Assembly (NCBI GenBank): GCA_964252075.1
Contig: CAXULY010000080.1
Span: 1 to 12,165, forward strand
Length of the DNA: 12,165 nt
Reading direction: 5' to 3'
Source of the DNA: an uncultured Deinococcaceae bacterium
Lineage (GTDB): Bacteria; Deinococcota; Deinococci; Deinococcales; Deinococcaceae
Part shown: positions 1 to 7,764 of the stretch, one piece after another
How positions within the stretch are numbered: the stretch's first letter is position 1
How the letters are laid out: each line of letters opens with the position of its first letter
The notes under the pieces: generated by a model
Told to the model about the DNA's origin: nothing
Databases searched by the model: none
What the model saw: the letters and a program-made list of their open reading frames with translations, nothing else
Program-made: the position numbers and the translations under genes

Positions 1-470
1 GCGATGGCGAGCATGGTGTTCTGCAGGCTGGGCCCCAGGATGGCGGCGAGGGTGATCGCCAGGATCAGGAAGGGGAAGGCCAGGAGGGCGTCCACCACGC
101 GCATGATGACCTCGTCCAGCCAGCCGCCCACGAAGCCGGAGATGAGGCCCAGCAGGGTGCCCGCCACGAGCGCGATGCCGACGCTCACGAGGCCCGCCGA
201 GAGGCTGATGCGCGCGCCGTACAGCACGCGGCTGAGGGTGTCGCGCCCGAGTTCGTCCGTGCCGAGCCAGTGCGCGGCGCCGGGCGCCTGCAGCAGCGCG
301 CCGAAGTCCTGCTTGGCGGGGTCGGCGGGCGCGATGAGGGGCGCGAGCAGCGCGGCGAGCGCGAATAGCACGGCCAGCGCCAGCCCGATCACGGCGAGGC
401 GGTTCGCGAGGAAGCGCCGCACGGTGAGGTTGCGCGTGCGGGTGGCGGGCGCGGGCGCGGCGACGGTCAC
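1..470 (-). CDS. Peptide/nickel-type ABC transporter permease, DppC/OppC family (3' end beyond window edge)
   Basis: Not in the ORF track; translated by hand from GTG at 470, which overlaps the upstream TGA as GTGA and has GAGGT upstream: MTVAAPAP...RRFLANRLAVIGLALAVLFALAALLAPLIAPADP...HWLGTDELGRDTLSRVLYGARISL...DEVIMRVVDALLAFPFLILAI. The HxLGTDxxGRD motif is typical of DppC/OppC. Confidence 0.93.
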   Translation of the reverse strand, partial: MTVAAPAPATRTRNLTVRRFLANRLAVIGLALAVLFALAALLAPLIAPADPAKQDFGALLQAPGAAHWLGTDELGRDTLSRVLYGARISLSAGLVSVGIALVAGTLLGLISGFVGGWLDEVIMRVVDALLAFPFLILAITLAAILGPSLQNTMLAI

Positions 471-1411
471 GCATACCTCACGCGCGGGTCAATCGCGCCG
501 TACAGCAGGTCCACCACGAAGCTCACGAGGAACACCAGCGCCGCGGAAGTGAGCACCATGCCCTGAATGACGGGCAGGTCGCGCGTGAACACCGCGTCCA
601 CGAGGAGCCGTCCGAAGCCCGGCACGCTGAAGATCTGCTCCGTCACGACGGCGCCGCCCAGCAGCCCGCCGAGCTGCAGGCCCAGGATCGTGATGACAGG
701 AATGAGGGCGTTGCGCAGCGCGTGGCGCGCGACCACCAGGCGGCCCTGCACGCCCTTGGCGTGCGCGGTGCGCACGTAGTCCTGCGCGAGCACCTCCAGC
801 AGGCTGGCGCGCAGGTAGCGCGTGAGGACCGCCGCGGAGCCCACCCCGAGGGTGATGGCGGGCAGGATCATCAGGCGGAGGTTCTGCGCGGGGTTCTCGG
901 CGAGGTCCACGTAGCCGCTGGCGGGCACCCATGCAAGCTGCACGCTGAACAGGTAGATGAGCAGCACCCCCAGGAAGAAGCTGGGGAGGCTGATGCCGGA
1001 CAGCGCAAGGACCGTGACGGTGCGGTCCACCCACCCGCCGGGCCGCAGCGCACTCACGATGCCGGCGGGCAGCGCGATCAGCACCGCGATCAGCAGGCTG
1101 AACACGGCGAGTTCGAAGGTGGTGGGGAGTTTCTGCGCGATCAGGCCGGACACCGGCGTGTTGTCCTGCAGGCTGCGCCCGAAGTTCAGGTGCGCGAGGT
1201 CCGCGAGCCACGCGCCGTACTGCACGGCGACCGGGCGGTCCAGGCCGAGTTTGTGGCGCAGCTCCACGATGGCCTGCGGGCTGGCCTCCTCGCCCAGCTG
1301 CAACCGGGCGGGGTCGCCGGGCAGCAGGCGCACCAGCGCGAACACCAGCAGCGTCACGACGAGCAGCGTGGGGATGGCGGCCAGCAGTCGTCTGGCGGCG
1401 AATTGCAACAC
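467..1411 (-). CDS. Peptide/nickel-type ABC transporter permease, DppB/OppB family
   Basis: 314 aa with N-terminal RRLL...LPGDPA...LGLDRP, several hydrophobic helices, EAA loop QDYVRTAHAKG...HALRNA and C-terminal DLLYGAIDPRVRY. GGAGGAG RBS precedes the GTG start. Confidence 0.95.
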   Translation of the reverse strand: MLQFAARRLLAAIPTLLVVTLLVFALVRLLPGDPARLQLGEEASPQAIVELRHKLGLDRPVAVQYGAWLADLAHLNFGRSLQDNTPVSGLIAQKLPTTFELAVFSLLIAVLIALPAGIVSALRPGGWVDRTVTVLALSGISLPSFFLGVLLIYLFSVQLAWVPASGYVDLAENPAQNLRLMILPAITLGVGSAAVLTRYLRASLLEVLAQDYVRTAHAKGVQGRLVVARHALRNALIPVITILGLQLGGLLGGAVVTEQIFSVPGFGRLLVDAVFTRDLPVIQGMVLTSAALVFLVSFVVDLLYGAIDPRVRYA

Positions 1412-1424
1412 GTGAACTCCTCCG

Positions 1425-1460
1425 CCGGGCGGGCGGGCCGCGCGGCCCGCCCACGCCCGG
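1425..1460 (-). repeat. GC-rich intergenic stem-loop between the binding-protein and permease genes
   Basis: CCGGGCG-GGCGGGCCG / CGGCCCGCC-ca-CGCCCGG imperfect inverted repeat directly after the SBP stop codon; no U-tract. Confidence 0.65.
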
Positions 1461-2945
1461 TCACTTCAGGTCGGTGCTGTAGAAGCGCAGGATGCCGTCC
1501 GGAATGTACTTCAGGCCCGTGAGGGTCTTCACGGACCCCACGATGTTCGGCGTGAAGTACGTGTACACGTACGGGGTGTCGTCCAGAATCTTGCCGAGCG
1601 CGACGTTGTACGTCGCGACGCGGGCCTTCATGGCGGTCTGCGCGCGCGCCTTCTCCAGCAGGCTGTCCACGGTCTTGTCGCTGTAGGCGGACTGGTTGTT
1701 CACGCCGCCGGTGTGGAAGAAGTCGTAGATGTTGCCGTCCGGGTCGGGGCGGCCCGACCACCCGAGCATCAGCGCGTCGAAGTTGTGCTTGTCCGCGCGG
1801 TCGAGGAGCGCGCCAAACTCCACCTGCTCGATCTTGACCTGGAAGCCCGCCTGCGCGGCCATCGCCTGGTACAGCTGCGCGAGCTGCGTGTTGATGGCGC
1901 CGGGGCTGGTGAGCAGCGTGAAGCTGGGGTTCGTGACTTTGGCCTGCGTGAGTTTCTTGCGGGCGCCCTCCACGTCCGGCGTGGGGATCTTGATGGCGGC
2001 GTTGTAGGCGGGCGTGCCCTGCGGGAAGGGACTGCCGGAGGGCTTGGCGGTGCCGAGGAACACCACCTTGTTGATGGCGTTTCGGTCCACGGTGTTCGCG
2101 AAGGCCTGACGCACCAGCTTGTTGTTGAAGGGCGCGCGGTTCACGTTCAGCCACACCCCGAAGAAGCCGATGCCCTGGTAGGTGTTCACGTTCAGCTTGG
2201 CGTTCTTCTCGATGGTGGCGATGTCCTTCGGGTCCACCGGAATGATGAGCTGCACCGCACCGGAGAGCAGGTTCGCGACGCGCACGTCGCCGTCCGGGAA
2301 GGGGCGGTACACGATGCCGTCCAGTTTCGGCGCGCCGCGCCAGTACGCCTTGTTCGCCTTGAGGGTCACGTTGTCCTGGCGCTTGCGGCTCGCGAAGGCG
2401 AAGGGGCCGCTGCCCACCGGGTTGTTCACGAAGTCCGCGCCCGCCTTCTTCGCGGCGGCGGGCGACACGATCATGCCCGCGCGATCGGACAGCACCGCGA
2501 GGAGCGGCCCGTACGGCGCCTTCAGGGTGATGACGACGGTGCTGGCGTCGGGCGCCTGCACGTCCTTCACGCTGGCGAGTTCGCCCTTGCGGGCGCTGCC
2601 CTCCAGCGTCATGTCGCGCTCCAGGGTGTACTTCACGGCGGCGGCGTCAAGGGGCGTGCCGTCCGTGAACTTGATGCCGGTGTTCAGCTTGAAGGTGTAC
2701 GTGAGGCCGCCGTTCGTGATCTTCCAGCTCTTCGCGACCAGCGGCACGACCTTCAGGTTCTCGTCGAGGTCCACGAGCTTGTCGAAGATCTGGTTCATGA
2801 CCTGCCGGTCCACGAGGGCCGTGCTGAGCGCCGGGTCGAGTTTCGGCGGGTCAGCGTCCAGGCCGACGGTGAGGGTCGCGGCGCTGGCGGGCAGCAGCGC
2901 CGCGAGCAGGGTGAGGGTCAGGGTGGCGAGGGGGGTGCGCTTCAT
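1461..2945 (-). CDS. ABC transporter substrate-binding protein, family 5 (DppA/OppA-like)
   Basis: 494 aa; signal peptide ending ASA-A with no lipobox; LDP, IFDKLV, PLVAKSW, YTFKLNTGIKFTDGTPLDA, PVGSGPF, PFNNKLVRQA motifs; GGAGG RBS. Confidence 0.95.
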   Translation of the reverse strand: MKRTPLATLTLTLLAALLPASAATLTVGLDADPPKLDPALSTALVDRQVMNQIFDKLVDLDENLKVVPLVAKSWKITNGGLTYTFKLNTGIKFTDGTPLDAAAVKYTLERDMTLEGSARKGELASVKDVQAPDASTVVITLKAPYGPLLAVLSDRAGMIVSPAAAKKAGADFVNNPVGSGPFAFASRKRQDNVTLKANKAYWRGAPKLDGIVYRPFPDGDVRVANLLSGAVQLIIPVDPKDIATIEKNAKLNVNTYQGIGFFGVWLNVNRAPFNNKLVRQAFANTVDRNAINKVVFLGTAKPSGSPFPQGTPAYNAAIKIPTPDVEGARKKLTQAKVTNPSFTLLTSPGAINTQLAQLYQAMAAQAGFQVKIEQVEFGALLDRADKHNFDALMLGWSGRPDPDGNIYDFFHTGGVNNQSAYSDKTVDSLLEKARAQTAMKARVATYNVALGKILDDTPYVYTYFTPNIVGSVKTLTGLKYIPDGILRFYSTDLK

Positions 2946-3664
2946 GCTGGTCCTCCGGTGGGGGCCTGGCCGCTCTGCACGGCCCGGTGGTAGGTCTCGG
3001 TGACGTCCTGCAGGTGGTCGCGCATGGCCTGCCGGGCGGCGTCCGGATTGCCGGACAGCAGGGCGGCGGCGATGCGTTCGTGGTCGCGCACCGTGCGTTC
3101 CAGGCGCGCGGCGGGCAGGGTGAAGGTACGCAGGTCGGACAGCACGGCGCGCAGGGTGCCCAGCACGCGCAGCACCACGGTGTTCCCTGCGAGGCGCGCG
3201 ATCACCTCGTGGAACTGCACGTCCTCACGCGTGAGGCGCGGGCTGTCCGGCCCGAGGCGCCGCTGGCGCTCCAGGCTGGCCTGCAGTTCGGCGGTGCCTT
3301 CGGGCGTGAGGCGCGCGGCGGCGAGCGCCGCGACTTCCGGTTCGAGCAGCAGCCGGAACTCCAGCAGGTCGGCGGCGCGGTGCGGCCACGCGCTCACGAG
3401 GTCCCGGAAGGGCTGTGAGAGGGTGTCGGTGTCGGGCGTGCGGACGTACGTGCCGTCGCCCTGGCGGACCTCCAGGTGCCCCAGCAGTTCCAGGCGGCGC
3501 ACGGCGTCGCGCAGGCTGGTGCGGGACACCCCGAGGCGCGTAGCGAGGTCCCGTTCGGCGGGGAGGCGCGCGCCGGGCGGCAGGTCGCCGCTGCGCAGCC
3601 ACTCCTGGAGTTCGGCAGCGACGGTGTCCGCGACCTTCACATGCTTGACGGGCAGATGAACCAA
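2942..3664 (-). CDS. GntR-family transcriptional regulator, FadR subfamily (wHTH + FCD domain)
   Basis: LPPGARLPAERDLATRLGVSRTSLRDAVRRLELLGHLEVRQGDGTYV winged HTH; FCD motifs DVQFH, AGN, DHERI, MRDHL. Start reassigned to in-frame TTG at 3664 because AGAGGAGG lies just upstream. Stop overlaps the SBP start (ATGA). Confidence 0.93.
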   Translation of the reverse strand: MVHLPVKHVKVADTVAAELQEWLRSGDLPPGARLPAERDLATRLGVSRTSLRDAVRRLELLGHLEVRQGDGTYVRTPDTDTLSQPFRDLVSAWPHRAADLLEFRLLLEPEVAALAAARLTPEGTAELQASLERQRRLGPDSPRLTREDVQFHEVIARLAGNTVVLRVLGTLRAVLSDLRTFTLPAARLERTVRDHERIAAALLSGNPDAARQAMRDHLQDVTETYHRAVQSGQAPTGGPA

Positions 3665-3713
3665 CGACGACCTCCTCTGTGGGCGGGAGTCGGCACACGG
3701 GGCGGCTGGATTG

Positions 3714-3739
3714 AATTGGTCCAACCATCGGACCATCGG
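3714..3739. promoter_or_regulatory. Putative FadR-type operator
   Basis: AATTGGT-CCA-ACCAT matches the TGGT-N3-ACCA palindrome known for FadR-subfamily regulators (PdhR/LldR type); includes tandem ACCATCGG x2 at 3724-3739; lies upstream of the regulator gene. Confidence 0.75.
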
Positions 3740-3747
3740 GATGCCAC

Positions 3748-3777
3748 ACTGTGAGGGATGGACGAGGCGCACGTCAA
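3748..3777 (-). promoter_or_regulatory. Possible sigma70-type promoter of the regulator/ABC operon
   Basis: TTGACG (3777-3772), 18 nt spacer, CACAGT (3753-3748); the putative operator would lie just downstream of the start site. The -10 match is weak. Confidence 0.4.
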
Positions 3778-3803
3778 GGCGTCGTCAGGAAGCGGTATAG
3801 GTC

Positions 3804-3834
3804 GGCGGGGCGGACAACCCTCGCCCGCCCCGCC
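3804..3834 (-). terminator. Stem-loop downstream of the ferredoxin gene, possible terminator
   Basis: GGCGGGGCGG (3804-3813) / CCGCCCCGCC (3825-3834): perfect 10-bp stem, 11-nt loop, 15 nt after the stop; no clear U-tract. Confidence 0.5.
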
Positions 3835-3849
3835 TGCAACACGCCCCGT

Positions 3850-4206
3850 TTACGGGCGCGCCGTCCAGACGGGCTCCGGCTCGATGTGGTCGGCGGGCGC
3901 CTTCCCGGGCTCCAGGCCCGTGCTGCCCGCCGTCTGCAGCACCGCAAGACTCATGTCGTGCCCGCACAGGATCTGGCAGGACAGGCGCGCCTCGCCCAGC
4001 AGGTCCTTCTCCGCCAGCTTGTCGTGTTCGGCTTGCGTCATCTCGCCCGGCTCACCGTCCGTGAAGTGCACGCGGCAGGTGGTGCAGCGCGCCTGACCGC
4101 CGCAGCGGTGCAGGATGTCCACGCCGCCGCGCTCCAGCGCGAGCACCAGCCGCTCGCCCTCGTTCGCCTCGATGCTGCCGAAGTCCTGCACGGTGAGTGT
4201 GGGCAT
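3850..4206 (-). CDS. 2Fe-2S ferredoxin
   Basis: 118 aa with CGGQARCTTCRV (C-x5-C-x2-C) and RLSCQI carrying the fourth Cys; Pro-rich C-terminal extension. Confidence 0.93.
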   Translation of the reverse strand: MPTLTVQDFGSIEANEGERLVLALERGGVDILHRCGGQARCTTCRVHFTDGEPGEMTQAEHDKLAEKDLLGEARLSCQILCGHDMSLAVLQTAGSTGLEPGKAPADHIEPEPVWTARP

Positions 4207-4212
4207 GGGGCG

Positions 4213-4218
4213 AGTGTA
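4213..4218 (-). promoter_or_regulatory. -10 element of a putative leaderless promoter (ferredoxin)
   Basis: TACACT, then 6 nt, then ATG; no Shine-Dalgarno at the usual spacing. Confidence 0.7.
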
Positions 4219-4224
4219 CCTGCT

Positions 4225-5874
4225 CTACTCCACCAGACCCCAGGCGCGCACGTCGAAGAGACCCTGTGGGGTGAGCTTCAGTTCAGGAATCACGGTGAGG
4301 CCCAGGAAGCTGAGCGTCATGATGGGCTGCGCGAGGGAACACCCCAGCGCCCGCGCCGCCTCGTGGACGGCCCGCAAGGACCGCGCCACCTCCTCGGGCG
4401 GCGCGTCACTCATGAGGCCCGCCAGCGGCAGGGGCAGGCTCGCCAGCACCTGACCCTCCGCGACGAGTGCCACGCCGCCCCCCATCTCCGCGAGGGCGCG
4501 GCCGCACGCGCGGATGTCGGCGTCCGACTCGCCCGCGATGATCGCGTGGTGTGCGTCGTGCAGCACCGTGCAGCCCAGCGCGCCGCGCAGGGGCCCCAGG
4601 CCCGCCGCCCACGCCGCCGACACCCGCGTGCCGCCGCCGTGCCGCGCCGCCGCCACGAGGCGCGTGTCCCCGCTGCCGGGCGGCAGGGCGCGCGTCTCGA
4701 TCTGGCCCTCCCGCACCCCGATGACAGGCCAGTGCGCGGGCACCGTGAGGTCCGCCGCGTCCCAGTCCGGCCCGAGGTCCGTGCCGCCGCCCGGCAGGGC
4801 GGGTGTCGCGCCGCCGCCCGCGAAGGGCCGCCCGCCGATGAGGGTCTCGCGCACCCGGAAGTCCACGAGGTCGTCGAGCAGCACGAGGTCCGCGTGGTGC
4901 CCCGGCGCGACCGCCCCGAGTCCCTCCAGGCCCCAGTACTCGGCGGGGTTGCTGGTTACCAGGGACAGCGCGTACAGGGAGTCCACGCCGCCCGCGACGG
5001 CGTCCCGGAGCAGGCGGTCCAGGTGCCCCAGCGTGATGAGTTCGTCGGCGCTCACGTCGTCCGTGACGAGCAGCGCGCGGCGCGGGCGCTCGCGCAGCGC
5101 GGGCGTGAGGGCCCGCAGGTTGCGCGCGGCGGACCCCTCGCGCACCATCAGCCACAGGCCCGCCCGCAGGCGCTCGCGGCCCTGCTCCGCCGTGACGGCC
5201 TCGTGGTCCGAGTGGATGCCCGCCGCCGCGTACGCCTGCAACTCCAGGCCGCCCAGCCCGGCGGCGTGCCCGTCCACGCGCCGCCCGTGCGCCGCGCCGA
5301 GCGTCGCCCACACGGACGCGTCGAGGTTCAGCACGCCGGGGAAATTCATGACTTCCGCGAGGCCCAGCACGCCGTCCAGCGCGAGGCCCTCCGTCACGTC
5401 GCGCGCACTGAGGGCCGCGCCGCCCAGCTCGAAGGCGCTCGCGGGCACGCACGACGGCATGGACGCGAACACCCGCAGCCCACTCGCCCGGCCCGCCTCC
5501 AGCATCCAGCGGACGCCCGCGAGGCCCAGCACGTTCGCGACCTCGTGCGGCTCCGCCACCACGGCGGTCGTGCCGTGCGGCGCAACGGCCTCCGCGAAGC
5601 GCGCGGGGGACAGCAGGCTGGATTCGATGTGCACGTGCGCGTCCATGAAGCCCGGCGCGAGGTACGCGCCGCGCGCGTCCAGCGTGTCGCGCGCGCGCAG
5701 GCCCGACCCGACCGCCGCGATGCGGCCTTCCGCGACCGCCACATCCGCGCTGAACACCTCGCCACTCAGGGGGCTCACCACGCGCGCATTCGTGATGAGC
5801 AGGTCAGCTGGTTCTCGATTCAGGGCGACGCGCACCAGGCGCTGGCGCAGCTCTGTGTCTCCGGGCGTCCGCAT
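4225..5874 (-). CDS. ade: Adenine deaminase (AdeC type, amidohydrolase superfamily)
   Basis: 549 aa; PGFMDAHVHIESS, HGTT, EPHE, PSCVPA, LAEVMN, DGH, SDHE, REGS, VTDD, NPA, HDAH, LPLPLAGLMS, LSFLGLTVIPELKLT motifs typical of AdeC. Confidence 0.93.
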   Translation of the reverse strand: MRTPGDTELRQRLVRVALNREPADLLITNARVVSPLSGEVFSADVAVAEGRIAAVGSGLRARDTLDARGAYLAPGFMDAHVHIESSLLSPARFAEAVAPHGTTAVVAEPHEVANVLGLAGVRWMLEAGRASGLRVFASMPSCVPASAFELGGAALSARDVTEGLALDGVLGLAEVMNFPGVLNLDASVWATLGAAHGRRVDGHAAGLGGLELQAYAAAGIHSDHEAVTAEQGRERLRAGLWLMVREGSAARNLRALTPALRERPRRALLVTDDVSADELITLGHLDRLLRDAVAGGVDSLYALSLVTSNPAEYWGLEGLGAVAPGHHADLVLLDDLVDFRVRETLIGGRPFAGGGATPALPGGGTDLGPDWDAADLTVPAHWPVIGVREGQIETRALPPGSGDTRLVAAARHGGGTRVSAAWAAGLGPLRGALGCTVLHDAHHAIIAGESDADIRACGRALAEMGGGVALVAEGQVLASLPLPLAGLMSDAPPEEVARSLRAVHEAARALGCSLAQPIMTLSFLGLTVIPELKLTPQGLFDVRAWGLVE

Positions 5875-5879
5875 GGCCG

Positions 5880-5888
5880 AGTGTAGCA
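5880..5888 (-). promoter_or_regulatory. Extended -10 element of a putative leaderless promoter (adenine deaminase)
   Basis: TG-C-TACACT, then 5 nt, then ATG at 5874; no Shine-Dalgarno and no recognisable -35. Confidence 0.7.
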
Positions 5889-5946
5889 GGAGGCCACGGA
5901 GTCCCCGCTGGTCTTGACGGCGCCAGGAACGCCAGCCCCCAATCGC

Positions 5947-7035
5947 TCAGTCCCGCCCGGGCACCTCCGGTTTATGCCCGCGGAACACGTCGCGTCCCTC
6001 GATGCGCTCCACCGGCACGGGTCGGCCCTCCTGCGCGCTCTGGTACAGGGCCGCCATGAGGCGCTGGTCCTGCAGGCCCTCCTCGCCGGGCGTGAAGGGC
6101 GTCTCGCCGTTCTGGATGCAGGCGCTGAAGTGGTCGATCTCCAGCGCGAACTGGTCGTAGTGGGGGATGACGGCGCGCTCGACCTTGTCGTTCGTGGCGA
6201 TGTCGAGCTGCAGGCCCTCGTAGTCGTAGGCGGGGTCCATGTTCGCGAAGCCCGTCTCGCCCATCACGCGGATGGTGCGGGTGATGCGCGTGCCGTAACT
6301 GGTGAGGCAGTTCGCGATGATGCCGCTCGGGAAGCGCAGGATGAAACTCACGCTCTCCTCGACCTCCTCGAAGCGCGGGTCGTTCGGGGTGCTGTGCGTG
6401 ATCGCGAAGACCTCGTGCGGTTCCTCGCCTGTCACGAAGCGCGCGGTGTTCAGGCAGTACAGGCCCACGTCGGGGAGGCTCCCGCCGCCCGCGAGTTTGC
6501 GCTTCAGGCGCCACTGGCCGCCGTTCTCCTCGCTCTGCCCGTTGGTGGTGTCAATGAGTTTCACGGCGCCGAGCGGCCCGCCCTGCGCGGCGTCCCGCAG
6601 CGCCCAGTGGTGCGGGGTGTACTGGCAGCGGTACGCGGTCATGAGGCGCACGTTCGCGTCCTTGCAGGCCTGCACCATCGCCTCGGCGGCCTCCACGCTG
6701 TCCGCGAGGGGCTTCTCGCACAGCACGTGCTTGCCGATCTTTGCGGCGCGTTCGGTGTACTGGCGGTGCAGGCTGTTGGGCAGCACGATGTACACGGCGT
6801 GCACGTCCGCGCGGTCCTGCAGGCGCTCGAAGTCGTCGTAGCTGAACACGTCGTCCTCGGTGAGGCCGTAGGCGCGCGCGAAGCCCACGCCCTTGTCGTG
6901 GTCGTCCGTGACGAGCGCGGCGAGGCGCGAGCGTTCGCTGGTGAGGAGCGCGGGGATGAGTTCACCGACCGTGAGTTCACCGAGGCCCACCAGGGCGTAG
7001 CCGACGCGGTCCTGCTGTGGTTGCGGGGTGGTCAT
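5947..7035 (-). CDS. Gfo/Idh/MocA-family oxidoreductase, glucose-fructose oxidoreductase-like
   Basis: VGYALVGLG Rossmann start, AVYIVLPNSLH, GKHVLCEKP, AYRCQY, QWRL, GGGSLPDVGLYCLN, DPRFEEVEE. Start set at ATG 7035 (MTTPQ..., preceded by GAGG); the longer ORF start lies inside the upstream hairpin. Confidence 0.9.
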   Translation of the reverse strand: MTTPQPQQDRVGYALVGLGELTVGELIPALLTSERSRLAALVTDDHDKGVGFARAYGLTEDDVFSYDDFERLQDRADVHAVYIVLPNSLHRQYTERAAKIGKHVLCEKPLADSVEAAEAMVQACKDANVRLMTAYRCQYTPHHWALRDAAQGGPLGAVKLIDTTNGQSEENGGQWRLKRKLAGGGSLPDVGLYCLNTARFVTGEEPHEVFAITHSTPNDPRFEEVEESVSFILRFPSGIIANCLTSYGTRITRTIRVMGETGFANMDPAYDYEGLQLDIATNDKVERAVIPHYDQFALEIDHFSACIQNGETPFTPGEEGLQDQRLMAALYQSAQEGRPVPVERIEGRDVFRGHKPEVPGRD

Positions 7036-7105
7036 GCGCCTCACCCTGAACGCTTGGGGGCGCGGCGTTCGTGCATGCGGGGACCGTGTGAAGGGAGGGT
7101 CAAGT

Positions 7106-7141
7106 CGAGGCGGGGGACGGCCCACGCCGTCCCCCGCCTCG
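7106..7141 (-). terminator. Perfect 16-bp hairpin after the phosphodiesterase/hypothetical operon
   Basis: CGAGGCGGGGGACGGC (7106-7121), 4-nt loop, GCCGTCCCCCGCCTCG (7126-7141); 11 nt after the stop at 7153; only a short pyrimidine-rich tail. Confidence 0.7.
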
Positions 7142-7152
7142 CGCGCCTCGCG

Positions 7153-7764
7153 TCAGTCGGGGGCGATGTCGGTGTCCGCGTCGAAGTTCAGCCAGCCGTC
7201 CGGGAGGGCCGCGGCGGGCAGGGGCGCCTGATCCAGCGCCGTCACGGTGAGCACCTCGCGGCCCGCGACGCGCTCGCGCAGCGGCAGGCCCTCGCGCGCG
7301 GACCAGCAGGCCTCCGTGACCGCGCCCTGCTGCGGGGTGATGGTCACCCAGCGGCACGGCCCGACGGGCGTCCGCTCCTCGGCACCGGGCGTCAGGGTGT
7401 ACGCGCCGCTCGGGGTGTCCAGCAGGTGCTGCACGGACCAGCGGTCCGTGAAGATGCCCACCCGGAAAAGGTTCACGCGGTGCACGTCGTACGCGGTGCG
7501 TTTCGCGAGGTCGCGCAGCTGGTAGGCGTCCTCGCCGTCCGGGGCGGGCGTGAGGCGCAACTCCACGGCGTTCCCGGTGCGGCGCACGGTGGCGCCGTTC
7601 GCGTCGCGCCAGAACTCCAGCGCCTGCGGCTGCCCGCTGCGGCCCACGACCGTCGCGGTGACGTGCACGGCGGTGCCGCCGCCGGGGAAGGTGGTGGCCC
7701 AGTCCTGGGGGGTGGCGGCGTGCGCCGCCCCCAGCAGGGCCACCAGCAGCGCGAGGCGCTTCAC
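7153..7764 (-). CDS. Secreted hypothetical protein
   Basis: 203 aa; signal peptide MKRLALLVALLGAAHA; GC3-rich codon use; GTG start overlaps the upstream stop (GTGA); beta-strand-like patterning and two Cys. Confidence 0.85.
   Translation of the reverse strand: MKRLALLVALLGAAHAATPQDWATTFPGGGTAVHVTATVVGRSGQPQALEFWRDANGATVRRTGNAVELRLTPAPDGEDAYQLRDLAKRTAYDVHRVNLFRVGIFTDRWSVQHLLDTPSGAYTLTPGAEERTPVGPCRWVTITPQQGAVTEACWSAREGLPLRERVAGREVLTVTALDQAPLPAAALPDGWLNFDADTDIAPD

Noticed and set aside
3665..3772. N-terminal extension of the GntR ORF
   Set aside because: It spans the operator and promoter; a strong RBS supports TTG at 3664.
7075..7103. TTGACC on the minus strand as -35 of the oxidoreductase promoter
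   Set aside because: No acceptable -10 at 16-18 bp spacing.
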